Shown: piece after piece, positions 57,250 to 64,000 of the stretch
How the letters are laid out: every line of letters starts with the position of its first letter
How positions within the stretch are numbered: the stretch's first letter is position 1
From: Lytechinus pictus
Lineage: Eukaryota
Reading direction: 5' to 3'
Assembly: GCF_037042905.1 (NCBI RefSeq)
Contig: NC_087252.1
Span: 7,752,001-7,816,000, forward strand
Length of the DNA: 64,000 bases
The notes under the pieces: generated by a model
The model's input: the letters and a program-made list of their open reading frames with translations, nothing else
What the model was told of the DNA's origin: nothing
Database searches by the model: none
Program-made: the position numbers and the translations under genes

Positions 57250-58542
57250 AGTGAAACGAAGAAGTGAGAAATAACGAGAAAAAAAAAAACAGAGAAAGCT
57301 AAGTGACAGGTGAGAGAGAGAGAGGGGGGGGGGCAGAGAGGGGAAAAAGGAGAAACAGAAGGAATGAAAAAGAGGAGTAGACAATAGAGAGAAAACAAAA
57401 GAGAGAGGGAATGTAAGGAAAAAAGGGCGAAAGGAAGATTGAGATATGGGGTTCTGTTTTTGCGGGGGAAAGGGGAGGAAAATGATAAATTATTCCCTAT
57501 AGGTATTTCTTTGTCGTCTGCAGCTGCGATTCATCCCCACGATGTATTTTCACAATATTTTTCAAGATACGAAATACATTTACGTATCCTGTTTGGCTGG
57601 ATGATAAGTTCTTGATCAATTATTGTTTTAATGATTAAATAAAATAAAATGTATATAGACCTAGCGGTATTTTTGTCATGCATTTCAAGAATACAAACAA
57701 TAATTGTTTAACATTATTGAAAGGCTTGTTTTCAATCATGAAAAACCAACAAAACAGTCAATTATTTTTATAGTTCTGAAAGGATTCCTAATCAATAATG
57801 CTGTTTTTGTGAAACAATGCTGACAGCCGATTAAAAGCTCTACTCTCGATCGTCTTTAATTCCGCTGGTCAAAGCTCTATCTTATCATCGATCGTCATTA
57901 TTCGATATGCGCTTTCCGGTTTTCTTTCTTTCAGTATTCAATATTTGGGAGAAATGGATAAATTTCATGAAAGAGTTACCTTGGCAAATAAGGGCATTTT
58001 AATAAATATTTATTTTTAAAGTTCTGTTTGTTATATCATGAAATATTTATATGCTTCAAAGGGTAATGAGTATATTTATGAAAACAATTCGTTCACGCAA
58101 ACTCTTTAGGCAAAATGAAATTATTGATTTTAACTGAGCTCGTAGTGAGAGACCATCTCAGATTTTATGTCATAATGGGTTTAGGCTCTAATCAAGGAAA
58201 TAATAATATTAATTAATCGCTTAATACATGTTATTTGACTATGGTTAAGTTGATATTTGGAATATTACATTTAGATTTGCTCTCTTGGGATGACAATATC
58301 TTAATGAATAAGTATATACCTCGTTCATCTTACGCAGAATATTGTTTGAGTCACAAAATGTATGAAATATTTCATTTAATTGTATTGAGAAATGCAATTT
58401 GCCTGGAGGGAGAATAGCAACTCAATCCGTTCGTTGCCGCGATGATCAGTTTAAACATCACAAGCTCTTCGGTGAAGTTGTTCCTCAGTTCTTCGAATAA
58501 GTAGGCTCGAATATATCGGAAGAATTCGTGTCATCGCAGAAG

Positions 58543-61151
58543 ATGAAAACAGTAAGTCGCATTTTTTCTTACTTTATGTGGAGTTAAATGCAATCCAGAG
58601 GTGGTGAAACAGGAGAGGGGGGGGGGGCAGGGCGACTTTTCCTTTTTTATTTTTTAAGCAGTGAAAAAAGTAAAAAGGACGGATAAAAGAGGAAGGAGGG
58701 ATGAGGTATATGCGTTTGCAAATTATTGCAAAATAACTGCAAAATGCTTATTATATGATGTAATTTTGGCATTGGAAATTTTCTGAGAATAAATTATGAA
58801 ATTATCCAGGCATCGATCGCATTAAATGTGAATATTCTTGTGTCCTTGACGTCATCATGACAATCGCCTAATATAAACCTTTCTTCATGATCTTTCAAAC
58901 ATTCGGAATATAACATTTAAAAAACGCAAGTAGATTTTTGAGAAATGGAAGCATGCAGGTATACTTAGAATATAAGATGTTATAAGAAATTGTGAATGGA
59001 TAGCACCGAATGTTTTTAATAAATCTATTTATCCTTATAAGCTTTTATTTCATGTAGAATATGCTAAATTTAAAGTCTTCTCCTCCTTTGATTGAATAAG
59101 ATAAGTAAGAAAAAAATTATCTTTTCAATTTAAACAAAAGTGAAAGAATTTTTATTCCATTAAAAATTGAGTACAATGACTCTAGATCCTTTGTCTACAA
59201 GAAGATATATTCAGTGTTACGTGCAGAGATATCTGAAGAATCAATCATTGTATCTTTTTGGTCTAATCTTCTTTCATTGATAGTCTCATTTAAGATGCAT
59301 ATACCATTCATGGTAGATAACATAATTAGACAGTTTAGTTATAAAATTTTGAACAAGACCTTACCCCAGAAAAATAATCTATGTAAGTGGCGTGTAGTAA
59401 ATATGTAAAATATGTGAGAAGTTGAGAGACCACATTTGCTGCATAGTAAACGTGATCGATTATTTGGAAAATTATAGAAAGATAAGTATTTTATGATTTC
59501 TGGATTATCATTTTTAGTTAGTTATAGGGTTTGATTTGCGAATTTCCAGCCGTGGTATGTTTAATCTTTTTTTGTGTGTTATTGCTCAATCTATATATAT
59601 TATTTATCGAAATTATATTAAAAATCATATTCAAAGGTGAAAAGTATCATGCAAACTTTTTATGGGTTGACTTCAAGCTTACTAAGATTTGTCTATTTGG
59701 AAAATTTATGTAAACCAAAAAAGGCAAGTTTGGAAATTGAAAAAAAAAAAGTGATATTTAAAAAGTAATTGCCTTGTTAAATTGAACTTTAATTTGTTAT
59801 TTTTGTATATAAATTATGTTATAATTGTGAATGAATATCTCGATCTGAGGATAAAAGAGAGAGCGCGATTAATTTTTCACTTAGAGTGATGCAAAGATTC
59901 TAACTGGAGATGGGTGAGCATGGTCATATAGGCGGAGCGGGGGGGGGGGGGGGGGTGGGGTCCCGGAAATTTTCAAAACCTACTTTTTTTTACTGCAAAT
60001 TCGCACAATATTCACCAAAAGGGTGCACGATATTCTTCCATTTAACTTTAGAAAATGAAAAAAAAAAACGCCTGACCGGCTTGGTCGCTCTCTTGTTATC
60101 AAGATTCTATAAACAATTTTGTATGCGTCTTGTCCTACCCCTATTTTTTTGTTGGCAATATTCAATCAATAGCCACCCCCTCCCCCCGCACCCCTCGCCC
60201 ATCCACATGCCTTGGTGTCACAATTAGGAAGTTGTCACCAGTCTGCTGCGGCGGAACTTGAAATACTTTTAATTCAGCGCCGCCCGAGACTCTATGATGA
60301 ATCTTTGATACTGGGAGGGAGGGAGTCGTGCCGTTATTTCATGAGCTTCGCTTTGCCGAACGACCAGCAATAATCTTGATAATCATTAATTTGAAATGTC
60401 TTAAAAGCATATCAGCCGCTGTCTAGCAAGGTTACCAATGGCAACGAAAGGTAAACAAAACACCGATCTCCTCAAGTATGTTTTACGACATACCATTTTT
60501 TTAAGGTAATGCACGGATCTAAACTTTGAAAATAGATGAACTCTATGCATCACCGACACATCTTGATGGCTTTTTTTTCTAAGACGTGAGGGTATTAACG
60601 TGAATAGGAAAAAATGTCGAAACGGGCAAAGTGTTTTTCGAATGAAAAGCGAGAATCATCCGAATCTTACTCGGTAACGAGCAATACTGCAACCATTGTA
60701 CAATCCCATCCCTCTTATGGACTGAGTGAAAATCATCGTCTCATTTCAACATGAATAAACCTCTGAACATTTATTTTTTTCAGATGGCAAGTTTAGAGTT
60801 TTTTCTGGTTGTCCTCGCCATTGCTACATGTAAGTATATCCATTTAAGTTTAAATGTTTTAAGGACCTATTGGAAATAATATATCTCGGCTTTCTCTTGG
60901 GCTACCCTAGCTGTCAAGGAAATTATTTTCAATTCTTGTGATATCACTCTATCGATCATTCGATAAATGAATAAATAAATCAATCAATCAGTCAAGCCAT
61001 CCATCCATCCATCCATCCATCCATCAATCAATCAATCAATCAATCGATCAGTCATTCGATCAATCAATCAATCAATCAACCAATCAGTCATTCGATCAAT
61101 CAATCAATCAGTCAGTCAGTCAGTCAGTCAGTCAGTCAGTCAGTCAGTCAG

Positions 61152-61190
<39 letters not shown>

Positions 61191-61199
61191 GTCAGTCCG

Positions 61200-61279
<80 letters not shown>

Positions 61280-62078
61280 CTGACTTCCCATCGGTATTAA
61301 CATGAAATATAGCATAGTTTTAAGATTAGAAAATCCGCAACAATCGACTCATTTTAAAGATATATTGGAAATACACCATCTCGGCTTTCATTCGCTACCC
61401 CGCTATCCGATTATTTTTTTATTACTTGTGATGTAATCATTAATGAATGAATCAATAAATAACGATTAATCAATAAATAAATCAACAAATTAATCATTTA
61501 ATCTATCAATCAATTATCCAAAAGTTATTGAATAATCAATCAATCAATCAATCAATCAAACAATTAGATAATCAATCAACTGACGTCTCATCAAAATGAA
61601 TGCACATAATTTCAAGATTAGAAAATCCGCATTCATTCGAAGTAGAGCTACTTTAGAGCTTACATGGTTTTGTAAAATCATGATGCATTTCCAAATAATT
61701 GGCCTAAATCCGGGACGTCATATTATTCGATGGGGGGGGGGGGGGGGTGTGAAACAATAGATCATCCTCCGGAACTGTTAACATCTTGGATTTACCCGCC
61801 AGTGTTCCAATGATCAAGGTATCTTCATCTCAAAGGAACCCTTAACAAGTCATGCAAAACTTTGAGAAAATATTGTTGTAAATTTTCATGGAGGGGATCA
61901 AGATTTTTTTTTCAATTGCAATAAATTTGATTACAACATTGAATCTGAATAACTTCTTTCAGTTCCCCCCCCCAAAAAAAAAAAAATAGAAGCAGTTAAT
62001 TTGTAATTAATTGCAAGAAACATGTTTGTGATTTAAAAAAAATCTATAAAATCTATCGATTTACTACTCCTACTTTTA

Positions 62079-62116
<38 letters not shown>

Positions 62117-63423
62117 ACTACTACTACTACTACTACTACTACCAAAACTATTACATTGTAACTATATTTTTCTAATATGCCTTATACATATTCATCCCAC
62201 AAATATATTAATCCTTGATACAGCCGCAAGTGCATCTTGGTTCAACTCAAGCAAGTTTGGTGGGTGTAGAACTACACGAACTATAAAGATCTCAAATTGC
62301 CTGTCAGAACCAGGAATTAAAGGTATTTTAAAGAGTTAATTGTTCTAAGCATGCAGTAAAATATAGTTTGGGGATATTAAGAAAATACATGTAGGCCTAC
62401 TTAGGTCTCGTACTCATATATATTGCTTTTATTTCATACTTATTTTGTGAATCCAAAATATTACCATTTAATATGACCAAAGTTTAGATTGATTGCTTTT
62501 TAAAATAAAAATTGCCCTGTTAACATTCGTAGATTAGAAAGTGTATCTATAATTTTATTACAGTACGTGATTTTTGTGTTATTTTAAGAAATGCTTATAT
62601 TTTGTAAATTTCGGGGTTTCGAGATGTGTCCTCAATTCGAATGTGAACGAAAGTTCGTGAGTTAATCCTCGCTTGCGATTGCTTGCAAGTGCGCACGCGT
62701 ACACATTCCACATACACCCCCTCTCATACACACACTCTAATTTGCAGGGATTTTAAATAAATCGAATTTGGGAATTGATTTTAATCCTAAAGATTCATTT
62801 TTGAATCTCAAAGGATTCAAATTCAAATCCTTTAAGATTTGAAAATAATTTTTGTACGGATTAAACTTATACCCCAAATGGTCCCAACTGGCCCACCTAA
62901 ATTTATTTCTAATCCCTGCAAATTCGAGTGTAGGCCTACCAGTGCAGAAGAAGAAAGATATAACTGAATAATTCACCGAAATAATAAATTGTGGGGGTGG
63001 GAGAAAGACAAAATATGGGCTTACAATTGAAGTTACAATATTCTATATAATGTAGGATTTTAGAATCCGAGCTATATTTTTATCCACAAATTAAAGAAAG
63101 GAAAAATATTTAGGTTCAAAGTTTGCAAAAACAAACATTTAATCATCAGTGTTTTTATTATAGTTTCAACTCAGGTCTTCTAGATTCCATTAAAATTAGC
63201 AATTATGCTAGAAATCAGACACTAAATAATTTGCGTTTTAACGATTTCTTCACAGTGCCTACAGACTACATTGGTGACGTCACAACAATCAGAGGAGTTG
63301 ATACGAGTGTGTGTTACAGTAATCCGTGCAAGAACAACAGTTATCACACAGTGTGCACTGAGTCAGGGGACTCGTTTGAATGTGTCTGCCCAAGTGGGTT
63401 CAAAGGTCATACGTGCGAGATTG
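58543..63423 (+). CDS. 5' part of a secreted or membrane EGF-like-domain protein; continues beyond the window
   Basis: Putative exons 58543-58551 (MKT, uncertain), 60784-60829 (MASLEFFLVVLAIAT, signal peptide), 62224-62322, 63256-63423 (CYSNPCKNNSYHTVCTESGDSFECVCPSGFKGHTC, 6-Cys EGF); GT-AG with compatible phases. Confidence 0.75.
60975..61280. repeat. Compound (TCAA)n/(TCAG)n/(TCCA)n microsatellite
   Basis: Direct reading of the sequence. Confidence 0.95.
62733..62930. mobile_element. Small MITE with CACTC termini
   Basis: CACTCTAATTTGCAGGGATT ... AATCCCTGCAAATTCGAGTG. Confidence 0.65.
63256..63423 (+). CDS. EGF-like domain exon
   Basis: CACAG acceptor, GTAAG donor, 168 nt phase 1-1, canonical CxCxxGFxGxxC. 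Confidence 0.9.
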
Positions 63424-64000
63424 GTAAGATCGAATTATTGACAGAAATATATAACAGCCACCCCTTGATTCGGACTACCATTTTTTAAAATTATAAATAC
63501 ATGGGGCATGATCAGCTGATCAGATTTGTCAAATTCAATGTATTCAATTTATTATATTTGTAGAACTTAAGTTATCTTATATATATATATATTTGCTATG
63601 AAAACCATGCTAACATAGAGGTTTATCTGAACATGTTCTCCCGTAATGGTATTTTAATAAATAAAATAAATGAATGAAATGTGTAAAAACTCCCCGAGTA
63701 ATTACCCAAATGGATGAAATATGAAATATTCAATTCCGAATATATTCTTCATTCAATTTTTCAAAATCAGGGCTTTCTGGATAAAAGGAATCATGATTTT
63801 TCAAACAAATTATTGACATAGTATTTTTTTAAACATAGGAAATATCTGGAAAGATATTCTAAATTTACATGACCAGAGGGCCGTTTTATTCTCAAATCTC
63901 TTCTAGCTACATGTTACTTGAATACCATTTTGCAGAAAATGAATGTGCTGAATGTTTTACTTTTCCTTAATAGGGAAAATTCTAAATATGTGTGAAAATA

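Overview
AT-rich, repeat-dense eukaryotic genomic DNA. The repeat landscape suggests an invertebrate deuterostome, probably a sea urchin (inference only). Three intron-containing genes were reconstructed by hand from GT-AG sites and frame phase. (1) A 9-exon minus-strand type I membrane Ig-superfamily receptor (677 aa): signal peptide, V-C2-C2 Ig domains, Cys-rich FN3-like domain, TM, and a tail with YQEI, YVPM, YMVM and RPPPLPP motifs. (2) A complete 5-exon TRAPPC4 (219 aa), transcribed divergently from gene 1. (3) The 5' part of a signal-peptide + EGF-domain gene running off the right edge. The rest is a nested mosaic of non-autonomous DNA transposons (TTAA/Kolobok-T2-like, 8-bp-TSD hAT-like, 9-bp-TSD foldback/MULE-like, 3-bp-TSD Harbinger-like), tRNA-derived SINEs, minisatellites and microsatellites. 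No transposase ORF, RNA gene or CRISPR array was seen. Most notable: an identical 27-bp hairpin at two unrelated sites, each with its own 7-bp target duplication and one with an empty paralogous site; and many TA-GGCC-TA / TA-CATG-TA micro-palindromes, one visibly inserted into a satellite unit.
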